Assembly (NCBI GenBank): GCA_039026375.1
Contig: JBCCML010000005.1
Span: 66,906 to 130,905, forward strand
DNA from: Pseudomonadota bacterium
Lineage (GTDB): Bacteria > Pseudomonadota > Alphaproteobacteria > Rhodobacterales > Rhodobacteraceae
DNA: 64,000 nt
Direction of reading: 5' to 3'
In this document: in pieces, positions 1-11,297 of the stretch
How the letters are laid out: every line of letters starts with the position of its first letter
Position numbering within the stretch: the stretch's first letter is position 1
Notes under the pieces: model-generated
The model's input: only the letters and a program-made list of their open reading frames with translations
Told to the model about the DNA's origin: nothing
Databases searched by the model: none
Translations under genes and position numbers: made by a program

Positions 1-762
1 GAAGCCGCCCGTCCCTATGCAGAGCGGATGGAGCGGGTTCTCGGTAATCTGTCGAAGGCGGCGGCGGGCAAGGACACCGCACCAAAGTTGCTGGCCGGAT
101 CTGGTAGCGATCAGGTTCACCTATTGGTCGTAGCAACCTCTGAGCGCGGCCTTTGCGGTGGATTTAACAGCCAAATCGTTCGTAAAGTGCGTGAGGACAT
201 AAACGCGCTGCTCAGGGCCGGGAAAACAGCAAAAATACTCACTGTCGGCAAAAAGGGCCGGGAGCAACTGCGACGCGATCAATCGGACAAGCTTGTCGAA
301 CATGTTGATCTGTCCGGTGTGAAAGTGCTGGGTTATGAGAACGCGGCGGTCATCGCGGAAGACGTCATACGCCGGTTCGAAGCAGGCGAGTTTGACGTTG
401 CAACCCTCTACTTTAACAAGTTCCAGTCTGTGCTCACACAGGTACCAACAGGCATCCAGCTGATCCCTGCGGTGTTCGAAGGGACCGAGGAAGAAGACCA
501 CGTTGCCCTCACGTACGAGTATGAGCCGGAAGAAGAAGAAATCCTGGCGGATCTGCTGCCGCGCAACCTTGCGACCCAGGTCTTCCGGGGTTTGTTGGAA
601 AACGGCGCGTCCGAACAAGGCAGTCGAATGACTGCGATGGATAATGCGACCCGCAATGCGGGTGAGATGATCGAACGACTGACGATCGAGTTCAACCGCT
701 CACGCCAGGCTGCGATCACCAACGAACTCATCGAGATCATTTCGGGCGCTGAGGCGCTCTAG
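1..762 (+). CDS. atpG: F0F1 ATP synthase gamma subunit (5' end outside window)
   Basis: Frame open from base 1; motifs [10 protein letters not shown] and [17 protein letters not shown]...[19 protein letters not shown]; precedes atpD. Confidence 0.98.
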   Translation, partial: EAARPYAERMERVLGNLSKAAAGKDTAPKLLAGSGSDQVHLLVVATSERGLCGGFNSQIVRKVREDINALLRAGKTAKILTVGKKGREQLRRDQSDKLVEHVDLSGVKVLGYENAAVIAEDVIRRFEAGEFDVATLYFNKFQSVLTQVPTGIQLIPAVFEGTEEEDHVALTYEYEPEEEEILADLLPRNLATQVFRGLLENGASEQGSRMTAMDNATRNAGEMIERLTIEFNRSRQAAITNELIEIISGAEAL

Positions 763-2196
<1,434 letters not shown>

Positions 2197-2222
2197 ACGG
2201 CCGACCGGCGGGAGACTGAGAA

Positions 2223-2615
2223 ATGGCTGATGCCTTAACCTTTGAATTGGTTAGCCCGGAGCGAAAGCTGGCGTCCGTAGAGGCGGAGATGGTTACTATT
2301 CCGGGGATGCAGGGTGATATGTCTGTGATGGCAAACCACGCGCCATTTCTCACAACACTTCGACCCGGCTTTGTTGTTGTCCGCACTGGCACAACTGCCG
2401 AGCGTTACTTCGTAACTGGTGGTTTTGCCGAGATCTCGGACAACACAATCTCGGTGCTCGCCGAGTTAGCTGTAGAAGAAGCGGTCGTTACGACAGATTG
2501 GTTGGATGCTCGGATAGATGAGGCGAAGCAGGCGGTCGAGGAGGCCGGCGAAGACCGATCGCAGGCTGTAAGGCAACGCCTGTTCGATTTCCAGGCGGTT
2601 CGGTCTGCTGCCTAA
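2223..2615 (+). CDS. atpC: F0F1 ATP synthase epsilon subunit
   Basis: TFELVSPERKL...VTIPG..GDMSVMANHAPFLTTLRPG; follows atpD. Confidence 0.97.
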   Translation: MADALTFELVSPERKLASVEAEMVTIPGMQGDMSVMANHAPFLTTLRPGFVVVRTGTTAERYFVTGGFAEISDNTISVLAELAVEEAVVTTDWLDARIDEAKQAVEEAGEDRSQAVRQRLFDFQAVRSAA

Positions 2616-2680
2616 CGCCACTTCTTTACGGGCACCTTAGGTCGCTTTTTGCGCAGGTGATAATGAGCCACGACAAGCCG

Positions 2681-3172
2681 CTACGGTAGAAAATCAGCGA
2701 ATTCTTCGAAAACCTTGTCGTAGGTCTCACGCTTGAAAGGCACGATCTTTCCGATCAGTTCATTGTGAGCCATCCAGGACCAGCAGGCGAATTCTGGTTC
2801 CTCAGTGTTAATGTTAATGTCGCTATCCGGTCCTTTGTATCGAAGAGCAAACCAACGTTGTGTTTGCCCGCGGTAGCTTCCATTCCAGAGCTTTGTGATC
2901 AGCGACGGCGGAAAGTCATATGTGTGCCAGACTGCACTTTCCCTGAGAATATCTACCGACGCCGGCAGTAAGCCCGTTTCCTCAGTCAGTTCGCGAAGAG
3001 CCGCTTCATGGGGCGATTCACCGTTATCAATGCCGCCTTGCGGCATCTGCCAAGCATTCCCCGAGTAGTCCAGTCGCTGACCCGCGAAGACTTCACCACG
3101 CCCGTTCAAGAGCATCAGGCCGACATTCGGCCTGTAGGGCAAAGCGGAGATCTCCGCGGTGTTCGGTAGCAT
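2681..3172 (-). CDS. rppH: RNA pyrophosphohydrolase (Nudix)
   Basis: LPYRPNVG, WQMPQGGIDNGESPHEAALRELTEETG Nudix box, GQTQRWF, IVPFKRETY. Confidence 0.93.
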   Translation of the reverse strand: MLPNTAEISALPYRPNVGLMLLNGRGEVFAGQRLDYSGNAWQMPQGGIDNGESPHEAALRELTEETGLLPASVDILRESAVWHTYDFPPSLITKLWNGSYRGQTQRWFALRYKGPDSDININTEEPEFACWSWMAHNELIGKIVPFKRETYDKVFEEFADFLP

Positions 3173-3180
3173 TCTGGTGT

Positions 3181-4497
3181 TTATTCCTGCTTGCCGTCGT
3201 AGATCGCCAGTCCGGCGAGAAGATCAAGTGCGTAAGCGAGTTGGAAGTCCTCCGACCGGAGTTGCGCGGTCTTCTCGTGACGTGCTCGCTCTTCATCCAA
3301 TTGGCGCCGCTCATCATCGCTGAGTTGGTTCTCCAAGCTACCACGAAGGTCAGCTTCGGAGCGGGCTGGACGACCGTTCTCGCCATCAGCATCGGTGACA
3401 CGCCGCTCTTCGACCAAAATGTCCGGTTCAATACCAAGCGATTGAATCGAGCGGCCGGATGGGGTGTAGTATCGCGCAGTCGTCAACTTCATTGCGCCTT
3501 TCTCACCCAGCCGCATCACCGTCTGAACAGACCCTTTCCCAAAGGACTTGGCGCCAAGGATGATGGCTCTGCGCTGGTCTTGGAGCGCCCCGGCAACAAT
3601 CTCGGAAGCCGAGGCTGATCCTTCATTGATGAGCACGATTATCGGCTTGCCACCGGTCAAGTCGCCGGGGCGCGCGTTTACGCGATCCGCTTCTTGCAAG
3701 TCACGGCCACGCGTAGACACAATCTCACCAGAGTCCAAGAATGCGTCCGACACCGCGATTGCCTGGCTTAACAGGCCCCCTGGGTTGTTACGCAAGTCAA
3801 CCACATACCCTTGGATCTGATCTTCGCCGATTTCGGCGCGCATCTTCTCGATCGCAGCTTCAAGGTTATCGAACGTCTGTTCGTTGAAGGTCGTAATGCG
3901 GAGGACTGCAACGTTACCTTCCGCGCGGGCGCGAACCGCGCGAATTTTGATAGACGCTCGTGTAATTGTGACGTCGAAAGGTTCATCGGCTCCGTCACGC
4001 GTGATCGTGATCACGATATCTGAGCCGACCGGCCCCCGCATCTTGTCAACCGCTTCGCTGAGCGACAGTCCGAGTACGGATTCACCGTCGATATGCGTCA
4101 CATAATCGCCAGCTTCTAGTCCCGCTTTGGCTGCAGGCGTATCGTCAATCGGGGCCACGACTTTTACAAAGCCGTCTTCCATCGTGACCTCAATGCCAAG
4201 CCCGCCGAACTCTCCGCGGGTCTGTTCACGCATATCCTGGAAGTTCTTTGGAGGCAGGTAGGCGGAGTGCGGATCCAAGGATGTCAGCATGCCTTCAATG
4301 GCAGCCTCGATCAGCTTCTGCTCGTCTACTTCCTCCACGTACGAACTTCTGACGCGCTCGAAAATCTCACCGAACAGGTCCAGGTATTCGTAGGTGTTGC
4401 GTGCGCTGTTGTCCTGGGCAATTGAGTGCCCCGATAGCATCGGCACGCTTGCGCCAATGATGGTTCCTGCCAACAGGGCCAAGATGGTCTTGCGCAT
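3181..4497 (-). CDS. ctpA: S41 family carboxyl-terminal protease with PDZ domain
   Basis: LDPHSAYL, GGLGIEV (PDZ), DLRNNPGG, SASASEIVAGALQD, KSFGKGSVQ; start taken at MRKTIL. Confidence 0.95.
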   Translation of the reverse strand: MRKTILALLAGTIIGASVPMLSGHSIAQDNSARNTYEYLDLFGEIFERVRSSYVEEVDEQKLIEAAIEGMLTSLDPHSAYLPPKNFQDMREQTRGEFGGLGIEVTMEDGFVKVVAPIDDTPAAKAGLEAGDYVTHIDGESVLGLSLSEAVDKMRGPVGSDIVITITRDGADEPFDVTITRASIKIRAVRARAEGNVAVLRITTFNEQTFDNLEAAIEKMRAEIGEDQIQGYVVDLRNNPGGLLSQAIAVSDAFLDSGEIVSTRGRDLQEADRVNARPGDLTGGKPIIVLINEGSASASEIVAGALQDQRRAIILGAKSFGKGSVQTVMRLGEKGAMKLTTARYYTPSGRSIQSLGIEPDILVEERRVTDADGENGRPARSEADLRGSLENQLSDDERRQLDEERARHEKTAQLRSEDFQLAYALDLLAGLAIYDGKQE

Positions 4498-4505
4498 TGG
4501 ACGCC

Positions 4506-5636
4506 TTATCCTCCAGTCAAATCGAACCACGGCAAAGGATCAACAGCTTCGCCATCCACTCGGAGTTCCATATATATCTTTTCCGTCCCAATGGCATCAC
4601 GATCGGTTGTTGCTTCGACCAAAAAGTCTTCAGACTGCGGAATAGGCCCGCCGAGATCGCCCAATGGCTCCCCCTGCAGGACACTTTCCCCAACAATCCG
4701 GTCGGTATGCCGCAGGCCAGCGAGAATTATCAACGTGCCCTCCTCCGGTTCGATGATGACAACGAGGTCATAGTCGATCAATGGGCCCGCATAGCGGACA
4801 GTGCCGTCCCAGGGAGATCGAATCTGTGCGTAGGCAGGTGCTTGGAAAGTTATGCCAAAGCCCGGTCGGCCCCAAGGGTCGGGTTCGCCATACCGCCCGA
4901 CGATCCGACCGGTGACTGGGGCTGGGATTAAGCCACGCGCCTCGCTGAACGACACGATTGGAGGAGATCCCGGTAACTCTGCTGTCGCCAATCGAGCAGC
5001 AAGGTCTTGCAACCCCGCGGCTTGTTCTGCCGCAGTGTCAGCCTGGCTCCCAAGTTCCGCCCGGGTGGCGAGTGCGCCTTCGCGACGCGACTTAAGTGCA
5101 GCGGCGGTGTCTCCTCGAAGCTCTTGCAAGGCAGCAAGTGCGCTGCGGGCTTCCAACCGCGCTGCGTTTTGCTGTGCACGTACTGCGGAAAGCGCCTGCA
5201 ATTTGCCCTGAACATCGGCAATCCTGGCGTCCAATTCTGGCTTGATATCACCCATAAGTCGCGCACCTCGCATCGCCTGGACAGGCCCGCCCGGATAGAC
5301 CAAGAGCGCGGATGAGGGCGCTTGCGACAGTGATTGGATGGCAGAGAGCAAGCGTTCGATCCGCGTTCGATCCGCAGCAATCTGCAGCGTCAACGCGTCT
5401 TGGCGTGTTGCCATCTGACGCAGACCGTCTCGATAAGCCGCAAGTGCTACTTCGTACGCTTGCGTTGCACGACCCAGCGCGACGAGTCGAGCCTGGCCCG
5501 AACGTGCGCCACTCAATGCCTCCGCAGCAGTTTCAAGCGCCAGTGCTGCCCGCTTTATCGCATCTTCCTGCGCGCATGCGGGCTGTGTTGCCACAAATGG
5601 CAAGCAAATCAGCAGCAAAACGCAGAATGATCTCAT
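4506..5636 (-). CDS. envC: Murein hydrolase activator EnvC family (coiled coil plus degenerate M23/LytM domain)
   Basis: Signal peptide, long coiled coil, C-terminal PVTGRIVGRYG...SPWDGTVRYAGPL...YMELRVDGEAVDP; lies between gpmI and ctpA. Confidence 0.82.
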   Translation of the reverse strand: MRSFCVLLLICLPFVATQPACAQEDAIKRAALALETAAEALSGARSGQARLVALGRATQAYEVALAAYRDGLRQMATRQDALTLQIAADRTRIERLLSAIQSLSQAPSSALLVYPGGPVQAMRGARLMGDIKPELDARIADVQGKLQALSAVRAQQNAARLEARSALAALQELRGDTAAALKSRREGALATRAELGSQADTAAEQAAGLQDLAARLATAELPGSPPIVSFSEARGLIPAPVTGRIVGRYGEPDPWGRPGFGITFQAPAYAQIRSPWDGTVRYAGPLIDYDLVVIIEPEEGTLIILAGLRHTDRIVGESVLQGEPLGDLGGPIPQSEDFLVEATTDRDAIGTEKIYMELRVDGEAVDPLPWFDLTGG

Positions 5637-7171
5637 CCAGGTGGGCGCCGCAACAAGGATCGACCCGTCATCTCAACTGGCTGGTCAACGTTCATCAAAT
5701 GAAGGACAGTCGGCGCAAGATCGGCCAAGCGCCCATCTGCCAGGACACAATCGAGCGCTTCGCTGCCTTCCTGCACTAGGACGACGGGGACTGGGTTGGT
5801 CGTGTGTGCTGTATGCGGCCCGCCATCATCTGCGACCATCTGTTCAGCATTGCCGTGATCCGCTGTCACGATCATGGCCCCGCCCGTTACCTTTAGGGCT
5901 TCAAGCGCACGGCCAAGCTGTGCGTCAACCACTTCGCAGGCCGTCACCGCAGCCTCGACGCTGCCTGTATGCCCTACCATGTCAGGGTTGGCAAAGTTCA
6001 CCACAATCAGATCATAGCCGTCATTTATCCCTCGAACTAATTTGTCCCCTACGTCGGCGGCCGCCATTTCTGGTGCCAGATCATAGGTCCTGACTTTGGG
6101 TGAAGGAGCCATTGCGCGATCTTCTCCGGGGTCTGGCGTCTCAACGCCGCCGTTGAGAAAGAATGTGACGTGTGGGTATTTCTCAGTTTCGGCGAGCCTT
6201 AGCTGTCGCTTGCCAAGCATCGCCATCCACTCGCCAAGTGTGTGAGCAATTTCTTCCGGTGGAAACATGGCTGGTATCAGCGAATCCAGCTGGTCCGAGT
6301 AGCTGACCATCCCCAAGGTCGCTGCGAACTCAGGTGCTGCCTCGGTGTCAAAAGCATCGAAGTCTGGGTCCAGAAGTGCACCGAGTATTTCTCGAGCGCG
6401 GTCGGCCCGGAAATTTGCGCACAGCAAACCATCACCATCCATCATGCCGTGGTAGTCGCCGACAACTGCCGGTTCGATGAATTCGTCAGTCGTACCTGTT
6501 GTATATGCTGCATCTATGGCGGCGAGTGCGCCCTCAAAGGGGGTGCCTTCAGCATCTGCCATAACGTCAAAGGCCCGCTGCACCCGTTCCCAACGGTGGT
6601 CTCGATCCATCGCATAAAAGCGTCCGCATATTGTTGCCACGCGCACGCCAGGCATTTCGGTCACGTCGGTCAGCAGCTGCATCATTGCGGCCCGGCCCGT
6701 CTTCGGTCCGACATCTCGCCCATCCATAAACGCGTGTATGGCAACAGGAATGCCTGCCTCGCTCAATGCAAGCGCAAGTGCAGCAACATGGTGTTGATGA
6801 GCGTGAACCCCGCCCGGGCTTATCAGGCCCAACAGATGGGCAGTTCCCCCAGTCTCCTTCAACCTCCTCATGAATTGCACGAGTGCTGGCAACTTGAAGA
6901 AACTGCCATCCTCGATCGACCGATTGATCTTTGGCAGATCCATCCAAACGACACGTCCTGCGCCGATATTGGTGTGACCAACTTCAGAGTTGCCAATCTG
7001 CCCTGGCGGCAAGCCTACATCTTCACCGCTGGCGGCCAATTGTGCGCTTGGACCCTGCTGCCAGATCCGATCGAAGTTCGGAGTGTTAGCCAATGCCACG
7101 GCATTTGCGTCCGTTTCGGCGCGCAACCCCCAGCCGTCCAAAATGCAAAGCACCACGGGCTTTAGGGACAT
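5633..7171 (-). CDS. gpmI: 2,3-bisphosphoglycerate-independent phosphoglycerate mutase
   Basis: KPVVLCILDGWG, GNSEVGHTNIGAGR, GRFYAMDRD, AETEKYPHVTFF, NPDMVGHTG, TADHGNAE. Confidence 0.98.
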   Translation of the reverse strand: MSLKPVVLCILDGWGLRAETDANAVALANTPNFDRIWQQGPSAQLAASGEDVGLPPGQIGNSEVGHTNIGAGRVVWMDLPKINRSIEDGSFFKLPALVQFMRRLKETGGTAHLLGLISPGGVHAHQHHVAALALALSEAGIPVAIHAFMDGRDVGPKTGRAAMMQLLTDVTEMPGVRVATICGRFYAMDRDHRWERVQRAFDVMADAEGTPFEGALAAIDAAYTTGTTDEFIEPAVVGDYHGMMDGDGLLCANFRADRAREILGALLDPDFDAFDTEAAPEFAATLGMVSYSDQLDSLIPAMFPPEEIAHTLGEWMAMLGKRQLRLAETEKYPHVTFFLNGGVETPDPGEDRAMAPSPKVRTYDLAPEMAAADVGDKLVRGINDGYDLIVVNFANPDMVGHTGSVEAAVTACEVVDAQLGRALEALKVTGGAMIVTADHGNAEQMVADDGGPHTAHTTNPVPVVLVQEGSEALDCVLADGRLADLAPTVLHLMNVDQPVEMTGRSLLRRPPG

Positions 7172-7377
7172 CAAACGGCTCCGATCGTCTATCGCTGGCC
7201 CCGTTTAACCCGACGTGCTGTTGCTAACAACACCGCTCGATGCGCGCTGTTCGATGGATCTGGGGATTTATCCGCGGCCGCTGCTTACACGAGTACCCAA
7301 GGGCGTAGATCTCAACGCAAGGCTGGAAGTCCTGTCGAAATCACGTATCGTTTTCAAAACAACGCATGGGGACGGTT

Positions 7378-9036
7378 ATGGATTATTTCGATCTTGGAAC
7401 GCATTCGCGCCCGGTGACGACATCTTCAGATGATGCACAGACGTGGTTTGATCGTGGACTGAACTGGCTGTTCTGTTTCAACCACGGTGAGGCCGCCGCT
7501 TGTTTTCAGCGTGCGATTGATGCGGACCATAAATGCGCAATGGCTCATTGGGGTTTATCCTACGCACTGGGGCCGAACTACAATCTACCCTGGCATCGGT
7601 ACGACGAGAAGGGCCGGGCGAAGGCCTTAGCGGCCGCTTATGATGCCCTGCAGGGCGCGTTGACGGTCGCCGGGGATGCGTCTGCCTTTGAGCAGGCAAT
7701 GATCAAAGCCTTGCAAGCAAGGTATCCGCAACGCGACCTGATCGAGGACATGAGTGCTTGGGACAAGGCATACACGACAGAAATGCGAAGCGTTTTTGAG
7801 GACAACAAGGACGACCGCGAGGCGCGTACGGTTTTCGTTGAAGCGATCATGAACGAGACGCCGTGGAAGATGTGGAACCTCGAGACCGGCGATGTCGCGG
7901 ATGGCGCAGGTACGGCGGAGGCCCGGGCGGTATTGGAGGATGCCTTCCAGAATATGCCGGAGTCGTGGGAGCATCCTGGCTTGCTGCACCTTTACGTACA
8001 CCTGATGGAGATGTCTCCGTTCCCGGAGAAGGCGCTTCGACAAGGCGATCGACTGCGCACGATTATGCCGGATGGCGGGCATCTTGTTCACATGCCGACA
8101 CACATCGATGTTCAGTGTGGTGCCTACCGAGATACCTTAGCCTACAATCAACAGGCGCTGGTGGCTGACCGAAAGTTCTTGGCCTACTCGGAGAACCCGG
8201 GTGTGTACCTCATGTACATCATCCACAACTTTCACTTTGCCATTTACGGAGCGATGTTCCTGGGCCAGTACCGGCCGGCCATCGAAGCGGCTGAAGAGTT
8301 GATCTCAACCGTTCCCGAAGCCGTTCTACGTATCGAGAGCCCGCCGATGGGGGATTTCCTTGAAGGGTATCTTGCGATGAAGCAGCACGTGATGGTGCGG
8401 TTTGGTCGTTGGCAGGAAATCATCGATCAAACTCTTCCTGCGGATCAGGAACTGTACTGCGCCACAACGGCTATGATGCTGTACGCGAAGACCGTCGCTC
8501 ACTCGGCGCTTGGAAACGTCGGTGACGCAGAGTCTTGCAAAACCTCATTTTTGAAAGCGAAGGCGCGGGTCAAGGAAGGGCGCCGTGTGCACAACAACAC
8601 TGTGGCAGACCTTTTGGAGGTGGCGGAAGCGATGCTTGATGGCGAGCTGGAGTATCGCAAAGGCAACTTTGATGATGCCTACGCGCACCTTCGCCGTTCG
8701 GTGTCCCTCGACGATGCGCTGCCCTATGACGAACCATGGGGGTGGATGCAGCCGGCCCGCCATGCGCTGGGCGCGCTTCTGTTAGAGCAAGGCCGCGCCG
8801 ACGAAGCCGAAGCCGTCTACCGTGCCGACCTTGGTTTGGACGGTAGCCTGAGCAGGGCTTGCCAGCATCTTGAAAATGTCTGGAGCCTTCACGGTTTGCA
8901 CGAATGCCTGATGCGCCGTGGTGCGACGGCTGAGGCTGCTCTGATCAAACAACGCCTGGACCTTGCGCAAGCCCGCGCCGATGTGCCGATCAAGGCGTCA
9001 TGTTTCTGCCGTCAGGTTGCAATGGCAGCTGAGTAA
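7378..9036 (+). CDS. His-rich tetratricopeptide-repeat protein of unknown function
   Basis: About 552 aa, helical; AQTWFDRGL...FNHGEA, CAMAHWG, HPGLLHLYVHLME, HLVHMPTHI, YDEPWGW..PARHALGALL; start codon uncertain (7366 or 7378). Confidence 0.75.
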   Translation: MDYFDLGTHSRPVTTSSDDAQTWFDRGLNWLFCFNHGEAAACFQRAIDADHKCAMAHWGLSYALGPNYNLPWHRYDEKGRAKALAAAYDALQGALTVAGDASAFEQAMIKALQARYPQRDLIEDMSAWDKAYTTEMRSVFEDNKDDREARTVFVEAIMNETPWKMWNLETGDVADGAGTAEARAVLEDAFQNMPESWEHPGLLHLYVHLMEMSPFPEKALRQGDRLRTIMPDGGHLVHMPTHIDVQCGAYRDTLAYNQQALVADRKFLAYSENPGVYLMYIIHNFHFAIYGAMFLGQYRPAIEAAEELISTVPEAVLRIESPPMGDFLEGYLAMKQHVMVRFGRWQEIIDQTLPADQELYCATTAMMLYAKTVAHSALGNVGDAESCKTSFLKAKARVKEGRRVHNNTVADLLEVAEAMLDGELEYRKGNFDDAYAHLRRSVSLDDALPYDEPWGWMQPARHALGALLLEQGRADEAEAVYRADLGLDGSLSRACQHLENVWSLHGLHECLMRRGATAEAALIKQRLDLAQARADVPIKASCFCRQVAMAAE

Positions 9037-9049
9037 GTTCGGAAAGTGG

Positions 9050-9520
9050 TTACACCCGATGATAGGGTGATCCGTCTAAGATCGAGAAGGCCCGGTAGAG
9101 CTGTTCTGTAAGCATGACCCGGGCAAGCATATGTGGCCAGACCATCGGACCGAAGGATAGACGATATCCAGTTGCCGCGCGCACGTTCTCGTCGATGCCG
9201 TCTGCGCCACCTATCATAAAGGCCATATCTGCGCAGCCGCCATCGCGCTCTCTTGCGATAAGCTTGGCGAGCTGTCTGGAACTAAGGTTGTCGCCACGTT
9301 CGTCAAGCGCGACAGCAGTCGCCGAACTGGGAACTTGGCTCAGAAGCTTCTGAGACTGTGCGCCGCGATCTCTGGCCTTGCGCTCATCAACTTCTACGAC
9401 TTTGCACGGACCAAGTCCGAGCGAACGGCCAGTCTTGTTTGCACGATCCAAGTAGTCATCGATTAGCGTGCGTTCGGGTCCGCTTTTCAGTCGACCTACG
9501 GCGACGATCGTGATCCGCAC
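9050..9520 (-). CDS. rlmH: 23S rRNA pseudouridine-1915 N3-methyltransferase
   Basis: GTG start RITIVAVGRLK; FMIGGADG, LSFGPMVWPHMLARVMLTEQLYRA, PYHR. Confidence 0.96.
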   Translation of the reverse strand: MRITIVAVGRLKSGPERTLIDDYLDRANKTGRSLGLGPCKVVEVDERKARDRGAQSQKLLSQVPSSATAVALDERGDNLSSRQLAKLIARERDGGCADMAFMIGGADGIDENVRAATGYRLSFGPMVWPHMLARVMLTEQLYRAFSILDGSPYHRV

Positions 9521-9527
9521 CTTGCCC

Positions 9528-9953
9528 CTAAGCTTGGGTGCGGGCAGCAGTGTCGGGCGCTGGCAACCACATCTTTTCAAGCTGGTAGAACTCGCGCACT
9601 TCCGGTCGGAAAATATGAACGATAACATCGCCTGCATCGATCAACAGCCAGTCTGCGCTGTCCTTGCCCTCGACGCGCGCGACAATACCCACGTCGTGCT
9701 TCAACCGATCCATTAGCTTTTCTGCCAACGCCGTGACATGTCGACTGGACCGACCAGAAGCCACGACCATGATGTCCGCTTCGGACGATTTCCCGGTGAG
9801 TGAAATAGACACCACGTCCTGCGCGGAGTCATCGTCCAAACTATTCAAGATCAACGAATGAAGCCGCTCGCTTCCAACGGTTTGCTCAGCGTTCGCATTC
9901 GGAACGTCTTGTGTCTGGGTGTTTGTCTCACCCGTAGCGATCTGGGCGCTCAG
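9528..9953 (-). CDS. rsfS: Ribosome silencing factor
   Basis: SLDDDSAQDVVSISL, VVASGRSSRHV, EG...DWLLIDAGDVIVHIFRPEVREFYQLEKMW; start uncertain, CTG at 9953 has GGAGG 6 nt upstream. Confidence 0.93.
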   Translation of the reverse strand: MSAQIATGETNTQTQDVPNANAEQTVGSERLHSLILNSLDDDSAQDVVSISLTGKSSEADIMVVASGRSSRHVTALAEKLMDRLKHDVGIVARVEGKDSADWLLIDAGDVIVHIFRPEVREFYQLEKMWLPAPDTAARTQA

Positions 9954-10160
9954 AACGTACCTCCGCCGGTATGGTCGGTCGTGCCCCCAATGGGCATGAT
10001 CCCGCGACCTCTCCAACACACCGAAGATATGCGAGTTTCATCTCGGTAACAAGACGACGGTGTTCAGATACCTTAGGAGCGCATGCGCGCACTATGTGAG
10101 GGCCGGATCGTTTGTCCACAAAACACGCCAGAGAGCTAGAACTCCGAAGTTAACCCCAGT

Positions 10161-10190
10161 TGTGGGCGTTCCATGGAAAGGGCGCCCACA
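10161..10190 (-). terminator. Stem-loop downstream of ilvE (possible terminator)
   Basis: TGTGGGCG (10161-68) and CGCCCACA (10183-90) inverted repeat; no clean U-tract. Confidence 0.4.
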
Positions 10191-10246
10191 GCCATGCAAA
10201 CTGAAGATTTTGCCGAGAAGAAACCAAACCCGTGGTGGTTGCTGGT

Positions 10247-11134
10247 TCAGTGATTTCCGCGCACCAATCGTTCGTAACCTTCGGCGACATCTCGGGCCAA
10301 TTCACCAACTTCGAAGTTGTAGTCGCCAATCTGTCCGATTGGCGTAACCTCTGCCGCGGTGCCAGTGAGCCAAGCTTGCTGGAAGCTCTCCATCTCGGAC
10401 GGTTGAATATGACGCTCGTGCACCGTGACCCCACGATCACGCAGCATCTTCTTGACCGTCTGTCGCGTGATCCCGTCCAGGAAGCAGTCAGGCAGTGGCG
10501 TATGAACTTCGCCATCACGGACGAAGAAGATGTTCGCCCCAGTCGCTTCTGCTACGTACCCCCGATAGTCCATCATCAAAGCATCCGAGCAGCCCTTTGC
10601 TTCGGCCTGGTGCTTTGACATCGTGCAAATCATGTAGAGGCCGCTCGCCTTCGCTTTGCACGGAATTGTCTCTGGGCTGGGACGTTTCCACGCCGAGATG
10701 TCGAGCTTTGCGCCCTTCATTTTTGCATCACCGTAGTAAGCGCCCCATTCCCAGGTGGCGACCGCCATCCGGATAGGGTTTCGAGAGCTCGCAACGCCCA
10801 TGTCAGGACCAGCGCCGCGCCACGCGACGACCCTGACGTAGGCATCGCTGAGGTTGTTGGCGCGCATCGTATCTTCCTTGGCGCGCTCAATCTCGTCAAC
10901 CGAATAGGGGATCGGGATGTCCATGGCTTTCCCGCTGTCCAAAAGTCGTTGTGAGTGCGCCTCGGATTCGAAAATCCGTCCACCGTACGCTCGCTCTCCC
11001 TCGAACACGGACGAGCCATAGTGCATCGCATGACTAAGGATGTGTACCTTGGCCTGGCGCCATTCGACCAGATTGCCATCCATCCAGATGAAGCCTTCCA
11101 TGTCGTCGTAACTGGTGCCGGGTGCCATTGTCAT
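10247..11134 (-). CDS. ilvE: Branched-chain amino acid aminotransferase (PLP, fold type IV)
   Basis: HAMHYGSSVFEGERAY, AKASGLY, EATGANIFFV, LDGITRQT, TGTAAEVTPI. Confidence 0.95.
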   Translation of the reverse strand: MTMAPGTSYDDMEGFIWMDGNLVEWRQAKVHILSHAMHYGSSVFEGERAYGGRIFESEAHSQRLLDSGKAMDIPIPYSVDEIERAKEDTMRANNLSDAYVRVVAWRGAGPDMGVASSRNPIRMAVATWEWGAYYGDAKMKGAKLDISAWKRPSPETIPCKAKASGLYMICTMSKHQAEAKGCSDALMMDYRGYVAEATGANIFFVRDGEVHTPLPDCFLDGITRQTVKKMLRDRGVTVHERHIQPSEMESFQQAWLTGTAAEVTPIGQIGDYNFEVGELARDVAEGYERLVRGNH

Positions 11135-11238
11135 TTCCTCTACCTAGCGGTTGCCCGCGATTGATTGTTGCGCTCCAGCCGGCGGACGCCTTCTATTCTT
11201 TCCCGCGGGCGATGCGGCAACTAACATTGCACTTGAGA

Positions 11239-11256
11239 TCAGTCAACAACACTGAC
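11239..11256. promoter_or_regulatory. Palindromic operator candidate in the ilvE/petP divergent promoter
   Basis: Overlapping dyads TCAGT-N7-ACTGA (11239-55) and GTCA-N7-TGAC (11242-56) next to a MarR-family gene; function inferred. Confidence 0.4.
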
Positions 11257-11297
11257 ATAATTTGTGACGCAAGGATCTGCAGGTACAAGGCAGAGGC

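Noticed and set aside
5352-5373. Tandem 11-bp duplication GCGTTCGATCC x2 inside envC
   Set aside because: Only two copies and the reading frame is intact; compatible with chance in a coiled-coil region
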